Positions 1 to 10,697 are shown, counted from the first letter of the stretch. The stretch: DNA of 64,000 nt from an uncultured Candidatus Saccharibacteria bacterium (GCA_964361705.1 CAYIBP010000003.1:5606-69605), one strand, 5' to 3'. Numbers and translations: made by a program. Notes: a model not told the origin generated them from the sequence alone.

Positions 1-290
1 ATATCCGGGAAAGTTTTCAGTATTTCGTCGTATGTTATAAACCCCCTCTTCTTGCCTTTTTCTATAAGCTCGTTGGAAAGACGTGTAAATTCCTCCGCTT
101 TTTTGTCTTTCTTGCCTTTTGGTTTTTTAACATCTTTCGCTTTACTAGTCTTTCTGATCTTAGGCAACTTTTTTACCGCTTTTATTTTCTTGTGATTCTT
201 TTTTACTGCTTTTTTAGCAGGCTTTCTCAATAGCTTCTTCGTTTTCTTTATCTTTGATTTTGCAATTTTTTTGTTTTTTGTTTTCTTCAT
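1..290 (-). CDS. rpoD: RNA polymerase sigma-70 factor, N-terminal part (gene continues past the window start)
   Basis: ATG at 290..288 on the minus strand, 12 nt after the dnaG stop. The minus-strand translation is MKKTKNKKIAKSKIKK...(Lys-rich tail)...LIEKGKKRGFITYDEILKTFPD, which matches sigma-70 region 1.1 (E. coli GKEQGYLTYAEVNDHLPED). This is the classic dnaG-rpoD order. It is absent from the ORF track because it is truncated. Confidence 0.8.
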   Translation of the reverse strand, partial: MKKTKNKKIAKSKIKKTKKLLRKPAKKAVKKNHKKIKAVKKLPKIRKTSKAKDVKKPKGKKDKKAEEFTRLSNELIEKGKKRGFITYDEILKTFPD

Positions 291-302
291 AAATTATTTG
301 TT

Positions 303-2060
303 TTAGCGACCGCTTTTAATATCTTCTATTTGTTTGTTAATTTCATTTATTTCTTTTAAAGTTTGCTCTGCGAGCGATACTTCTTTTTTTTCTTCCAGTT
401 CTTTAAGTTCTCGTATTTTCTTGGAAAGTTTCTCTTTTAAATCTTCTTCTTTCAGATTTCTTAGGAGCTCCATTGTATCTTTCTTCAAATCAGCTCCATC
501 TCCATAAAAAACCTCCGCTTCAAATATCAAATCTTCTTTATTGCTTTCCGCTTTATTAAAAATGGTTGATTCATCTTTGCCTAAAATGACTGTCAATTCT
601 CTCAACAGACTCTCAACATCAAAGCTTTGATTGTTCAAACTTTTTTGCCAAAAAACAATACCAAGCAATCTGTTCAAAATATAGTCTTTCCTGAAAAATG
701 CACTTCTACTGCTTTTGGCTTGTTCGATCTCATCTTTCTCTGTTTTTGATTCTTTTTCAATTTTTGACAGGTCTTCTCTTAAATCCTCCCCCCTTATCTG
801 CGATGCGTCGCTTATCTTGCGCAAAAAATCCGCTTTCTCTATTCTGCTTTCAAGCGCATTCACATAAGGCAACACTCTTTCTTTTATAGCTCTGCCCGCC
901 TTGCGAGTATCATTTTTATATTCGTTTAAAACTTTCTCTAAGAAAAATTCTATTATGTGTTTTGACTCTCTAATAGCAGAGCGCCAAGCATCAACTCCAT
1001 TCTTTGAGATCAAATCTGCCGGATCCACGCCTTCTTGCATGGAAGCAACTTTTACATCCATACCCAAAGACAAGGCGATCTTGCCAGCGCGAGCAGAAGC
1101 ATTCACCCCGGCTCGGTCAGCGTCAAATGCAAGTACGATGTTCTCTGAAAGTCGGCGAAGCAATCCTAAATTTGAAACTACATTTTCTTTTGAAACAAGA
1201 GCATCAGAAAGCGCTGTACCAGAAGTCGCTACTGTATTTTTAAACCCAGCCTGATGCGACAATACCAAATCCATCTGACCTTCAACCAAAATAGAAAAAT
1301 TATTCCTGCGAATTGAGTCTTTTGCTTTGTGAAGACCGTACAACACGGCAGATTTATTGAAAATGGGGGTATCCGGACTGTTGAGGTATTTAGCGGACTT
1401 ACCATCATCTTCAAAAATCCTGCCAGAAAAAGCAATAATGCGTCCGCTAGAGTCAGAGATAGGAAACATAATTCTTCCTCTAAATCTATCGTAGAATCCT
1501 TTTTCAGATTTCTTTGCAAGTCCCGCCTTTTCTATTTCCACATCCGTAAAACCCTTTTTCTGCAGATGAACGAGCAACAGCCTCCAATCGTTTTTTATAA
1601 AACCTATTCTAAAATCCTTGATTGTTTTTTCTTCTAGACCTCTTTTTTGCAAATATTCTAGAATTTCTTTGTTGTTTTCCAAACCCTGCTCAAAGAACAA
1701 ACACGCTTCTTCCATAGACTTGTACAACCTTTCTTTTTCGCTCTCTTTTTCTTTAGAGAATTCACCCAATACGACACCCGCTCTTTCTGCAAGCAACTTC
1801 AAAGCACCTTTAAAATCAAGGCCTTCGAATTCCTGCACAAAAGAAAAGATATCTCCTTTTGCGGCACAACCGAAACAATAATAACTACCTCGATCTGAAG
1901 ATACAAAAAAGGATGGTGTCTTTTCGTTGTGAAAAGGGCATCTGGCTTTGAAATTTATGCCTGATTTTTCAAGCTTTACATATGAAGATATAACCTCCTC
2001 AATAGAAAGTCTCTCTTTGATCTGCGAGACAGGAGAATTTGCTCCATTGTAAATTTTCAT
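303..2060 (-). CDS. dnaG: DNA primase
   Basis: 585 aa with the CHC2 zinc finger CPFHNEKTPSF...CFGC, a TOPRIM region (EGQMDLV, DADRAG), and rpoD downstream. Confidence 0.9.
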   Translation of the reverse strand: MKIYNGANSPVSQIKERLSIEEVISSYVKLEKSGINFKARCPFHNEKTPSFFVSSDRGSYYCFGCAAKGDIFSFVQEFEGLDFKGALKLLAERAGVVLGEFSKEKESEKERLYKSMEEACLFFEQGLENNKEILEYLQKRGLEEKTIKDFRIGFIKNDWRLLLVHLQKKGFTDVEIEKAGLAKKSEKGFYDRFRGRIMFPISDSSGRIIAFSGRIFEDDGKSAKYLNSPDTPIFNKSAVLYGLHKAKDSIRRNNFSILVEGQMDLVLSHQAGFKNTVATSGTALSDALVSKENVVSNLGLLRRLSENIVLAFDADRAGVNASARAGKIALSLGMDVKVASMQEGVDPADLISKNGVDAWRSAIRESKHIIEFFLEKVLNEYKNDTRKAGRAIKERVLPYVNALESRIEKADFLRKISDASQIRGEDLREDLSKIEKESKTEKDEIEQAKSSRSAFFRKDYILNRLLGIVFWQKSLNNQSFDVESLLRELTVILGKDESTIFNKAESNKEDLIFEAEVFYGDGADLKKDTMELLRNLKEEDLKEKLSKKIRELKELEEKKEVSLAEQTLKEINEINKQIEDIKSGR

Positions 2061-2108
2061 AAATTATTTTGAGTTACAAAGGCGAACTATTTCGTAATCC
2101 AAAGTATA

Positions 2109-5100
2109 TTATTCTTCTGTATTCCCTGTTTTAAAACCAGTACCCACCGGTATAAGTCGTCCGATGATAACGTTTTCCTTTAGTCCTCTCAAAGAATCTA
2201 TACCACCTTTTACAGCGTTCTCTATCAAAACACGGTTTGTGTTTTGGAAAGAAGCGGCAGAAAGCCAACTCTTGGTGCGAAGAGAAACTTCAGTTATACC
2301 AAGCACTATAATTTCTGCTTTTGCTTCTTTCAAACCTTCTTTTTCTACTCTTTGATTTTCTTCTATAAGAGCGGTATTTTCAATTATGTCTCCTATTGAG
2401 AAATTTGTTTCTCCTGCTTCTTTTACCTTTCTACGAGAAAACATTTGGCGCACGATGATCTCTGTGTGTTTTCTGGAAATAGAAGCACTTTGCAATTCGT
2501 ACACTTTGTTTATTTCACGAATAATGTATTCTTCTACCATTTCTTTTGTGCCAAGACTAAACATTTCAGCAATATCTGCGGAGCCATCAGTTAGGAGTTC
2601 ACCCTTCTTGACCTTCTGTCCAACCTTTACGATAGGAGTTCTACGAAAAGCGACGGTGTATTCTATTTCATTGGATTTGTTGCCCTTTACAGGATCGTCT
2701 GCCAAGATTTTGATAACTTTTTCTTTAGCGCTTAATTGCCCGTCCACCAAAACCTTTTCTTTAATTTCAAAGACTTCCCCGTCAACTTCAGAAATCACGG
2801 CAGAATTTTTAGGAGTTCTTCTTTCGAATATTTCCTCAACACGAGGCAAACCCGTGGTGATATCGGCACCCGCCACGCCTCCAGCGTGGAATGTACGCAA
2901 AGTAAGCTGTGTACCCGGCTCACCTATGGCTTGCGCGGCGATGATTCCCACAGCTTCACCAAGATTAACCATGTGGTTTCTTCCAAGATCAAGACCATAA
3001 CACATCTGACAAATTCCGTGCGTGGTTCTACAGGTCAAAGGAGATCTGACGAATACTTCCTCAAAACCAGCACCTTCGATATTACGAGCTTCTTCTTTGG
3101 TTACTAAGAAGCCCTTCTTGTAGATAGTCTTGCCGTCTGTGTCTTTCAAATCGCCGGCAAGTACTCTTCCGGAAATATTTTTAGCTAGTGGTATTTCAAT
3201 ACCGGAAATGTTTTCTTTTGTAACTACCTTGCCTTCTTTTGTACCGCAATCTTCTTCTGTGATCACAACATCTTGCGACACATCCACAAGTCTGCGAGTC
3301 AAATAACCCGCCTTTGCAGTGTTAAGAGCTGTGTCTGAAGCTCCTTTACGAGCACCGTGAGTGGTAACGAAATATTCAATAGGAGAAAGTCCTTCTTGAT
3401 AACATGGAATGATCGGAAACTCTAAAGTCTTACCCTGGTTATTCTGAATCAGACCTTTCATACCCGTCATCTGAATAAGTGAAGTCATCGTGCCTCTCGC
3501 GCCTGAAGTAAAAAGATCATAAGTAGAGCCATTCTTGTCTAGAGTCTTTGGCAAAACCTTTTCCAATTCTTTCTTGGATTGAGTCCAGATCTCTATAATC
3601 TTCTGATATCTTTCTTCTTCGGAAAGAAGACCGTCGTTCCATTCGTTGATTATTTTTGCTTCTAACTTTCTGCCATTTTCTATAATGCTTTCTTTCTCTA
3701 TTGGAACTTTCACATTATCAAGACCCCAAGTCGTGCCTGAAAATGTCGCGTACTTGAAACCGAAATTCTTTATCTTGTCCAATATTGGAGGAGTATTATC
3801 CACACCATAATGTACGATAAGCTCGTCAAGCAAAGCGGACAACCTCTTTTGTGTCATTTCATCACTGATATAAGGAAAGTCACTGGGCAATACACTATTG
3901 AATAACAATTTACCTACAGAGGTTTCAAACATTTGTTCATCAAACTTTTTATATTTAACATTTTTAGTAGCCAAAACTTTTATCTTTGCTCGAAAAGCCA
4001 CAATCCCATATTCGTATGCTGTAATAGCTGCATTTGGACTAGAAAAATATTTTCCTTCACCTTTTTCTCCTTCCACATTCTTGGTCATCCAATAAGAACC
4101 AAGCACCACATCTTTACTAGGATGCACTATAGGATCTCCGTTCTGTGGCTTCAAGAGATTTTTATTTGAAGCCATTAAATTTTTAGCTTCTGCTTGCGCT
4201 TCTTCTAAAAGAGGCACATATACAGCCATCTGGTCTCCGTCGAAGTCTGCATTGAACGCCTGACAAACAAGTGGATGCACTTGGATCGCATTGCCTTCTA
4301 TGAGGATAGGATTGAATGCTTGAATACCTAGTCTGTGCAAAGTAGGCGCGCGGTTCAACAAGACATACTTGCCTTTTATTACTTCTTCAAGCATAGCCCA
4401 GACTTCTGGAGTGCGTTCTTCGATAAGCTTGTTTGCGCCACGGATATTGAAAGCAAGCTCGGCCTGCAAAATTTTTGAAATTACAAAAGGTCTGAAAAGC
4501 TCCAAAGCCATATGTTTCGGAAGTCCGCATTGATTCAAAGCAAGTTCGGGACCGACAACAATCACAGAACGACCAGAATAATCAACACGTTTACCGAGAA
4601 GGTTCTGACGGAAAAGACCTTGTTTTGATTTCAAGTTGTCTGAAAGAGATTTCAACGGCCTTTTTTGAGACTGACTCATCGCCGCACTTTCGTTTTGTTT
4701 TGCTATTGAATTGTCTATCAAAGCATCTACCGCCTCCTGAATAATTCTTTTTTCATTTCTCAAAATAACATCCGGTGCATTTATTTCTTTGAGTTTTTTC
4801 AAACGATTATTTCTGTTTATTACTCTTCTGTAAAGATCGTTCAAATCTGAAGTGGCGTGTCGTCCTCCATCAAGAGCGACCATCGGGCGAAGCACTGGAG
4901 GAATGACAGGGATCGCAGTCAAGAACATCCATTCTGGTCTGATATCCGCATAGATCATGGCTCGTATTAGAGATAATCTTTTTTGAATTTTTTCTTTTTC
5001 TATGGAACTTGCCTTCTCGGATATCTTTTCTATATGGGATTTTAGTTTCTCCAAGTCCAAATTCTTGAATATGGAATAGATAGCTTCTGCGCCGATACTA

Positions 5101-5732
5101 GCTTCAAAACATGTGCCATATTTCAAAGAATAGTGATGAAAAGAAAATTCATTCAACACTTTGCCTTCATATATTTCTTGTATTTCTTTTTTTGTATTTG
5201 AGAATAGCTCTTTTAGTCTTTCACGAGTCTCATCGTCAGCAGAATTTTTAAACTTTGCCTTGTATTCTCTTTCTAGATTCTCTATAACAGAAGTTTTCTC
5301 TTCTTCATGAACTTTTGTAATGATGTATCCGGCAAAATATATAACCTTCTCTAAGTCCGAGACTGGAATATTTAAAAGAATACTCATCCTAGAAGGTACG
5401 CCTCGTAGGAACCAGATATGAGCCACAGGAGTAGCGAGTTCTATATGTCCCATCCTCTCTCGTCTGACTATGGAACGAGTCACTTCCACTCCGCATTTCT
5501 CACAGATGATATCCTTATATCGAATACGGCGATATTTTCCACAATAACATTCATAGTCTTTTTCTGGACCGAAGATCTTTTCATCAAAGAGACCTCCGCG
5601 TTCTGACCTACCAGTGCGATAGTTTATAGTTTCGGGCTTTGTTACTTCTCCATACGACCATTCTTTGATTTGGTCCGGAGATGCGAGACGGAGTGAGATG
5701 TGATCAAAGTCTGTTTTGTTTAATGTTTTCAT
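2109..5732 (-). CDS. rpoC: DNA-directed RNA polymerase beta' subunit
   Basis: 1207 aa. It carries NADFDGDQM, the catalytic motif, and zinc-binding Cys clusters, and sits immediately downstream of rpoB. Confidence 0.95.
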   Translation of the reverse strand: MKTLNKTDFDHISLRLASPDQIKEWSYGEVTKPETINYRTGRSERGGLFDEKIFGPEKDYECYCGKYRRIRYKDIICEKCGVEVTRSIVRRERMGHIELATPVAHIWFLRGVPSRMSILLNIPVSDLEKVIYFAGYIITKVHEEEKTSVIENLEREYKAKFKNSADDETRERLKELFSNTKKEIQEIYEGKVLNEFSFHHYSLKYGTCFEASIGAEAIYSIFKNLDLEKLKSHIEKISEKASSIEKEKIQKRLSLIRAMIYADIRPEWMFLTAIPVIPPVLRPMVALDGGRHATSDLNDLYRRVINRNNRLKKLKEINAPDVILRNEKRIIQEAVDALIDNSIAKQNESAAMSQSQKRPLKSLSDNLKSKQGLFRQNLLGKRVDYSGRSVIVVGPELALNQCGLPKHMALELFRPFVISKILQAELAFNIRGANKLIEERTPEVWAMLEEVIKGKYVLLNRAPTLHRLGIQAFNPILIEGNAIQVHPLVCQAFNADFDGDQMAVYVPLLEEAQAEAKNLMASNKNLLKPQNGDPIVHPSKDVVLGSYWMTKNVEGEKGEGKYFSSPNAAITAYEYGIVAFRAKIKVLATKNVKYKKFDEQMFETSVGKLLFNSVLPSDFPYISDEMTQKRLSALLDELIVHYGVDNTPPILDKIKNFGFKYATFSGTTWGLDNVKVPIEKESIIENGRKLEAKIINEWNDGLLSEEERYQKIIEIWTQSKKELEKVLPKTLDKNGSTYDLFTSGARGTMTSLIQMTGMKGLIQNNQGKTLEFPIIPCYQEGLSPIEYFVTTHGARKGASDTALNTAKAGYLTRRLVDVSQDVVITEEDCGTKEGKVVTKENISGIEIPLAKNISGRVLAGDLKDTDGKTIYKKGFLVTKEEARNIEGAGFEEVFVRSPLTCRTTHGICQMCYGLDLGRNHMVNLGEAVGIIAAQAIGEPGTQLTLRTFHAGGVAGADITTGLPRVEEIFERRTPKNSAVISEVDGEVFEIKEKVLVDGQLSAKEKVIKILADDPVKGNKSNEIEYTVAFRRTPIVKVGQKVKKGELLTDGSADIAEMFSLGTKEMVEEYIIREINKVYELQSASISRKHTEIIVRQMFSRRKVKEAGETNFSIGDIIENTALIEENQRVEKEGLKEAKAEIIVLGITEVSLRTKSWLSAASFQNTNRVLIENAVKGGIDSLRGLKENVIIGRLIPVGTGFKTGNTEE

Positions 5733-5771
5733 AATTTTTTAATTTATTTATTAATTCATTAATCTTACTTT

Positions 5772-8700
5772 TTATTTTTCTTCCGAGAACTTCTTCAAAT
5801 TCACATCAAGCGCAAGTCCTCGCAAGTAATTAAGCAAAACATTAAACGAAGCTGGCGAATTTGGCGCCTTGATCGCTTCGTTCTTGATAATAGAATCAAA
5901 AGTAGCGGATCGACCCATAATGTCATCTGATTTTATAGTTAGCATTTCACGCAACGTATAAGCAGCGCCGTATCCTTCGAGTGCCCAGACTTCCATTTCT
6001 CCAAATCTCTGTCCTCCGCCTTGAGCTTTTCCTCCAAGTGGTTGCTGAGTGATGAGCGAATACGGACCGATGGAACGCATGTGAATTTTGTCTTCTACCA
6101 TGTGGTGTAATTTGAGCATGTACATATATCCCACTGCCACATCTTGCGCAAAAGGTTCACCTGTACGTCCGTCGAAGAGTTTGAGTTTACCATTCTCTGG
6201 AAGTCCAGCTTTCTTAAGTTCTTCTTTGATCTCTTCGTGTTTCGCGCCTAGAAATGGAGGTACTATCGCTTGATAACCTAAAGCTTCTGCCGCCATTCCA
6301 AGGTGTATTTCCAAAATCTGTCCCAAGTTCATACGAGAAGGCACACCAAGTGGTGAAAGTATTATATCAACAGGAGTACCGTCAGCATCGTAAGGCATAT
6401 CTTCTTCTGGAAGGATTTTTGAAATAACACCCTTGTTGCCGTGTCTTCCAGAAAGTTTGTCTCCGACGGAAATATTTCTAATCTGCGCAACTTCAACCAC
6501 TATCTTTTTTATTATTCCCGCTTCAAGAGTATGTCCTAGATCACGAGAAAATATTTTGACTCCTATTATGCGTCCGCGCTTGCCGTGCTCCATGCGAAGT
6601 GATGTGTCCTTCACATCACGAGCTTTCTCGGCAAAGATTGATCTTAGAAGTCTTTCTTCTGGAGTGAGCTCTGTTTCGCCTTTGGGAGTGATTTTCCCAA
6701 TCAAAATATCATTTTCTCTTACCTCCGCGCCTATGCGCACTATTCCATCTTCATCAAGATCTTTCAATTTCAACTCTCCGACATTTGGTATGTCGCGAGT
6801 TGTAACTTCCGGACCAAGTTTTGTATCGCGTACAGTACAAACGAATTCTTCTACATAAATACTTGTGAACTTGCTCTTTTTTACAAGTCTTTCCGATAAA
6901 ATAATCGCGTCTTCATAGTTAAAACCAAACCAAGACAGAAACGCAACCCTTACATTTTGTCCTATTGCTATCTGCCCATCCACGGTGCTTGTGTTATCAG
7001 CTAAAACATCGCCTTTCTTTATTTTCTGTCCTACAGATACGATAGGTCTTTGATGCAAGGCGGAAAAATTGTTATTCCTCAAAAAGTTTACAAAATTATA
7101 TGTTTTTTCTTTATCTCCTTTTACTACTGCTTTTTTAGCATCTAGATAAGTCACCACACCGTCTTCTGTGGCGATGACCATTCTGCCTCCATCTCTTGAA
7201 GCGAGCGATTCGATACCTGTCGCGACCAAGGGTGCTTCAGGCAAAATACATGGTACAGCTTGTTTCTGCATGTTTGATCCCATCAGTGCGCGATTCGCAT
7301 CATTGTGTTCCAAGAAAGGAATCATGGAAGTACCTATCGAAAAGGCCTGATTCGCGGCTACATCTATGAAATCCACTTGATCTCGAGCGATAGTGCCTGC
7401 TTCTGTTTTAACTCTAGCCGCCACTCGATCTTCAGTAATTTTGCCATTTTCATCATAAATAACTCCCGCGTGAGCAATGTTGTATTTTTCTTCTTCTAGA
7501 GCGTTTAAGTATTGGACTTCTCCTGTAATTTTGCCGTTTTTGACTTTGACATAAGGGGTTTCGATGATTCCAAAATCATTTATTTTTGCGTATGTGGCAA
7601 GGTGAAGAATAAGACCGATGTTAGGACCTTCAGGAGTGTGTATAGGACATACTCTTCCATAGTGCGAAGGATGCACGTCGCGTACTTCAAGACCGGCTCG
7701 CTCTCGTGTCAAACCTCCGGGTCCCAAGGTAGAAAGTGTTCGCAGATGTTCCATTTCGCCGAGAACATTCTCCTGCATCATGAATTGCGAAAGCTGGTTG
7801 GTAGTGAAAAATTCTTTAATGCGAGCCTGAAGAGGACGCTGGTTTATGATGTGTATCGGCAAAGCAGTATCTACATCTATGATAGACATTCTGTCTTGAA
7901 TATTCCTTTTGATCTGCATCATACCAGTGCGAACCTTTTGCTGGAGCATTTCACCTACAAATCTGACTCGCCTTTGACCCAAATGGTCTATATCGTCAGC
8001 CTTTGCCCCTGGAGTGTTATTAAGAGAAATTACATGTTTGAGGATAACCGCCACATCATCTTTTGAGATAGTACGGCGAGCAAGTTCAGCTTCTTCTAAA
8101 GGCTTACTGAATCTTTGATTGAATCTATATCTACCTACTGGAGAAATATCATATCTTTCAGAAGTAAACAACGAATCTATAAACTCCTTTGCGTTTTCAG
8201 CAGTAGCCAAATCTCCGTCTCTTAGACGCTTATAAACTTCTATGTACGCGTCGTTCAAAGTCTTCGCTGTGTCTTTGGCAATACAAGCTTCTATCGCCTT
8301 TTTATAATCAATACCGTCAGTGGATTTCTCAAAGGCTTTCAACAGATTATCATCTGTATGATAACCCATGACTCTAAGAAGCGAAGTTGCAGAGAATTTT
8401 CTTTTTTTATCAATTCTTATATAAATGTTTCCATCACTGTCGGATTCTATTTCTATCCAAACTCCGCGAGCTGGAATAATCTTTGCTCCAAAATATTTCT
8501 TGCCTTTATTTTCAGATTCCGTAAAAAAAACTCCGAAAGAACGAGCAAGCTGTGGAACGATAATTCTCTCTACGCCATTTATAATGAAAGTGCCGTGAGG
8601 AGTCATAAGCGGAAGCTCTGACATGAATATTTCTTGTTCCTTTACTGTGCCCAATATTTTATTCTTAAGCTTTACACGAGCCTTCAACAAACCCTGATAT

Positions 8701-8948
8701 GAGAGTTTGTTGACCTTTGCATGAAGTTCATCACAATTCGGCTCACTCAAAGAGAAAGAAGTGAATTCAAGTTCAAACTTCTTGCCGAAATAATCAACAA
8801 TCGGCGAGAATTCTTTAAAAACTTCTTTTATTCCATCTTCCACGAGCCACTTGAAAGATTTTACTTGCGCTTCTATAAGATTAGGAAACTCTATCAAGGG
8901 TTTTTTATACCTTGAAAAATATTTCTTCGGACGCTTTTCTGTTTGCAT
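5772..8948 (-). CDS. rpoB: DNA-directed RNA polymerase beta subunit
   Basis: 1058 aa with conserved beta-subunit blocks (GEMEVWALEGYGAAYTLREMLTIKSDD, LGQRRVRFVGEML); rpoB-rpoC order. Confidence 0.95.
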   Translation of the reverse strand: MQTEKRPKKYFSRYKKPLIEFPNLIEAQVKSFKWLVEDGIKEVFKEFSPIVDYFGKKFELEFTSFSLSEPNCDELHAKVNKLSYQGLLKARVKLKNKILGTVKEQEIFMSELPLMTPHGTFIINGVERIIVPQLARSFGVFFTESENKGKKYFGAKIIPARGVWIEIESDSDGNIYIRIDKKRKFSATSLLRVMGYHTDDNLLKAFEKSTDGIDYKKAIEACIAKDTAKTLNDAYIEVYKRLRDGDLATAENAKEFIDSLFTSERYDISPVGRYRFNQRFSKPLEEAELARRTISKDDVAVILKHVISLNNTPGAKADDIDHLGQRRVRFVGEMLQQKVRTGMMQIKRNIQDRMSIIDVDTALPIHIINQRPLQARIKEFFTTNQLSQFMMQENVLGEMEHLRTLSTLGPGGLTRERAGLEVRDVHPSHYGRVCPIHTPEGPNIGLILHLATYAKINDFGIIETPYVKVKNGKITGEVQYLNALEEEKYNIAHAGVIYDENGKITEDRVAARVKTEAGTIARDQVDFIDVAANQAFSIGTSMIPFLEHNDANRALMGSNMQKQAVPCILPEAPLVATGIESLASRDGGRMVIATEDGVVTYLDAKKAVVKGDKEKTYNFVNFLRNNNFSALHQRPIVSVGQKIKKGDVLADNTSTVDGQIAIGQNVRVAFLSWFGFNYEDAIILSERLVKKSKFTSIYVEEFVCTVRDTKLGPEVTTRDIPNVGELKLKDLDEDGIVRIGAEVRENDILIGKITPKGETELTPEERLLRSIFAEKARDVKDTSLRMEHGKRGRIIGVKIFSRDLGHTLEAGIIKKIVVEVAQIRNISVGDKLSGRHGNKGVISKILPEEDMPYDADGTPVDIILSPLGVPSRMNLGQILEIHLGMAAEALGYQAIVPPFLGAKHEEIKEELKKAGLPENGKLKLFDGRTGEPFAQDVAVGYMYMLKLHHMVEDKIHMRSIGPYSLITQQPLGGKAQGGGQRFGEMEVWALEGYGAAYTLREMLTIKSDDIMGRSATFDSIIKNEAIKAPNSPASFNVLLNYLRGLALDVNLKKFSEEK

Positions 8949-9161
8949 ATTTTATGATTAAACCAGAAGAAAGCCAAAACAAAGAAAGCAAAGAAAAACA
9001 AAAAAGACATAGAAACTTGCTTTTCTTTAATTTCTTTTGTGGCTAACTTCGGATAATGTTATTTAATGCTTATTTTAAAGCTTATAATAATCTAGGATTG
9101 CATCCGATACTCAATCAATGAATCTCAAAATAGCCTACTCTTTTACAATCTTTTTGTCAAA

Positions 9162-9863
9162 TCAAGGCTGTGGATTGTCTCTTTTTTTCCACTCCTCTAT
9201 TTTTTTATGATTACCAGAAAGGAGGACTTTGGGAACTTTATGATTTTTGTTTTTATATCTTAAAACTTCTGGACGAGTATATACTTCGCTTGATGAAATA
9301 CGCTCTTCTTCAAGAGATTCAATCTTACCTAAAACTCCAGGCAACTGGCGAGAAACACAATCGAGCAGTATCATGGCGGGCAATTCACCACCTGTAACCA
9401 CATAGTCCCCTATCGAGATCTTTTTTGTTTTTAAAATTTTATCCACTCGCGCATCTATGCCTTCGTACCTGCCACAGATCAAAATAATATCTGTATATTT
9501 TTTTGAGATTTTTTTGGCAAAACTCGTAGTAAACTTTTCGGCGTTTGGAATGAAATTGATAGTTAAAATTTTTACTTGTTTTGTTCTGTTAGTAATATTT
9601 TTTAATTTTGAAATTTTTTTTAGAGCCTGCTCATAAGCCTTTATGATCGGTTCCGCACACATTACCATACCCGGACCTCCGCCATAAGGTTTGTCGTCCA
9701 CCGGCTTATACCCATTTTTACTCTTTGTCTTGTCCTTTACAAAATCTCTAGGGTTATAAAAAGACACAGAGATTGTTTTGTTTTTAATGGCGCGACCCAC
9801 AATAGACTCGTCCAAATACGAGCTAAAAATTTCGGGAAAGATTGTAATAATATGAAAATTCAT
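9162..9863 (-). CDS. trmD: tRNA (guanine37-N1)-methyltransferase
   Basis: 233 aa; N-terminus MNFHIITIFPEIF and SPOUT-fold motifs; downstream of rpsP and the KH protein. Confidence 0.9.
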   Translation of the reverse strand: MNFHIITIFPEIFSSYLDESIVGRAIKNKTISVSFYNPRDFVKDKTKSKNGYKPVDDKPYGGGPGMVMCAEPIIKAYEQALKKISKLKNITNRTKQVKILTINFIPNAEKFTTSFAKKISKKYTDIILICGRYEGIDARVDKILKTKKISIGDYVVTGGELPAMILLDCVSRQLPGVLGKIESLEEERISSSEVYTRPEVLRYKNKNHKVPKVLLSGNHKKIEEWKKRDNPQP

Positions 9864-9909
9864 AAAAAGAAAAACCGTGACATCAATATATCACGGTTTC
9901 TTCTTTTTA

Positions 9910-10245
9910 TTAAATACCTTTCAAGTCCTCCATCGCCTGATCAACAGTCTTCATGCTCATATCGTTTCCCATACTTGGGTTTTGAGGTCTCATGCCACCC
10001 TCTGGTTCGTTGATCTTTAGATTCACACGAGCGTTGTTCTTCATACCTATAATGCGAAGGAGTGTGCGAATAGCCTTTGCTGTATTGCCCATCCTTCCGA
10101 TGATCTTACCCATATCGGCTGGGTTGACTGTGAGACTGATGAGTACCCCCATCTCGTCTACTGTGCGATCCAACTTTACATCATTTGGATTATCTACCAA
10201 TGCCTTTACTATATATTCTAAAAATTCTTTATCAGCGTCATGCAT
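9910..10245 (-). CDS. KH-domain RNA-binding protein (KhpA/YlqC-like) with a C-terminal extension
   Basis: 111 aa with a KH GXXG loop (IIGRMGNTAKAIRTL); canonical position between rpsP and trmD. Confidence 0.75.
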   Translation of the reverse strand: MHDADKEFLEYIVKALVDNPNDVKLDRTVDEMGVLISLTVNPADMGKIIGRMGNTAKAIRTLLRIIGMKNNARVNLKINEPEGGMRPQNPSMGNDMSMKTVDQAMEDLKGI

Positions 10246-10357
10246 AGTGTTTCAGATTAATTAATTTTAAATTTTTAATGTTCGATCTACCAACGAAAAC
10301 AGTTTTGATACGACCCCAAAACATCACTTCCATTAGTATGAGTATAATTATATATTA

Positions 10358-10666
10358 TTACTTTTGAGCTTTCAACTCTTTTCTCTTTTTAGTTGGTTTC
10401 TTTTTAGATAACACATTTCTTTTCTTGCCTTCTATCACCTTTTGGCTAACCATAAAGTTATGCATAGTGTCAGAGAGTTGAGCGCCCTTTGAAACCCAAT
10501 ATTGTATTCTCTCGGCCTTAAAATTTGTCTCTCCTGCTTTCGGATTATAAGTACCGACTATCTCCAAGAATTTACCACTCTTGGTACTGTTTTTAGAATC
10601 AGTCAAAACAGCTCGAAAAGCTGGGTCGTTCTTCCTGCCTATCCTTTGTAATCTTATTTTTAACAT
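10358..10666 (-). CDS. rpsP: 30S ribosomal protein S16
   Basis: MLKIRLQRIGRKNDPAFR N-terminus; 102 aa with a Lys-rich tail. Confidence 0.9.
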   Translation of the reverse strand: MLKIRLQRIGRKNDPAFRAVLTDSKNSTKSGKFLEIVGTYNPKAGETNFKAERIQYWVSKGAQLSDTMHNFMVSQKVIEGKKRNVLSKKKPTKKRKELKAQK

Positions 10667-10697
10667 AGGAACAGTCTAACATAATTTATTAAAAAAG

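Noticed and set aside
698-1881. Several 60-120-aa ORFs antisense to dnaG (698..889, 901..1254, 1329..1637, 1618..1881 and others)
   Set aside because: They lie entirely inside the well-supported dnaG CDS on the opposite strand, their translations are low-complexity, and such ORFs are expected by chance in AT-rich DNA.
2164-8621. Numerous plus-strand ORFs inside rpoC and rpoB (for example 2386..3000, 6433..6858, 7512..8066)
   Set aside because: They are antisense to highly conserved RNA polymerase genes and have no domain signatures.
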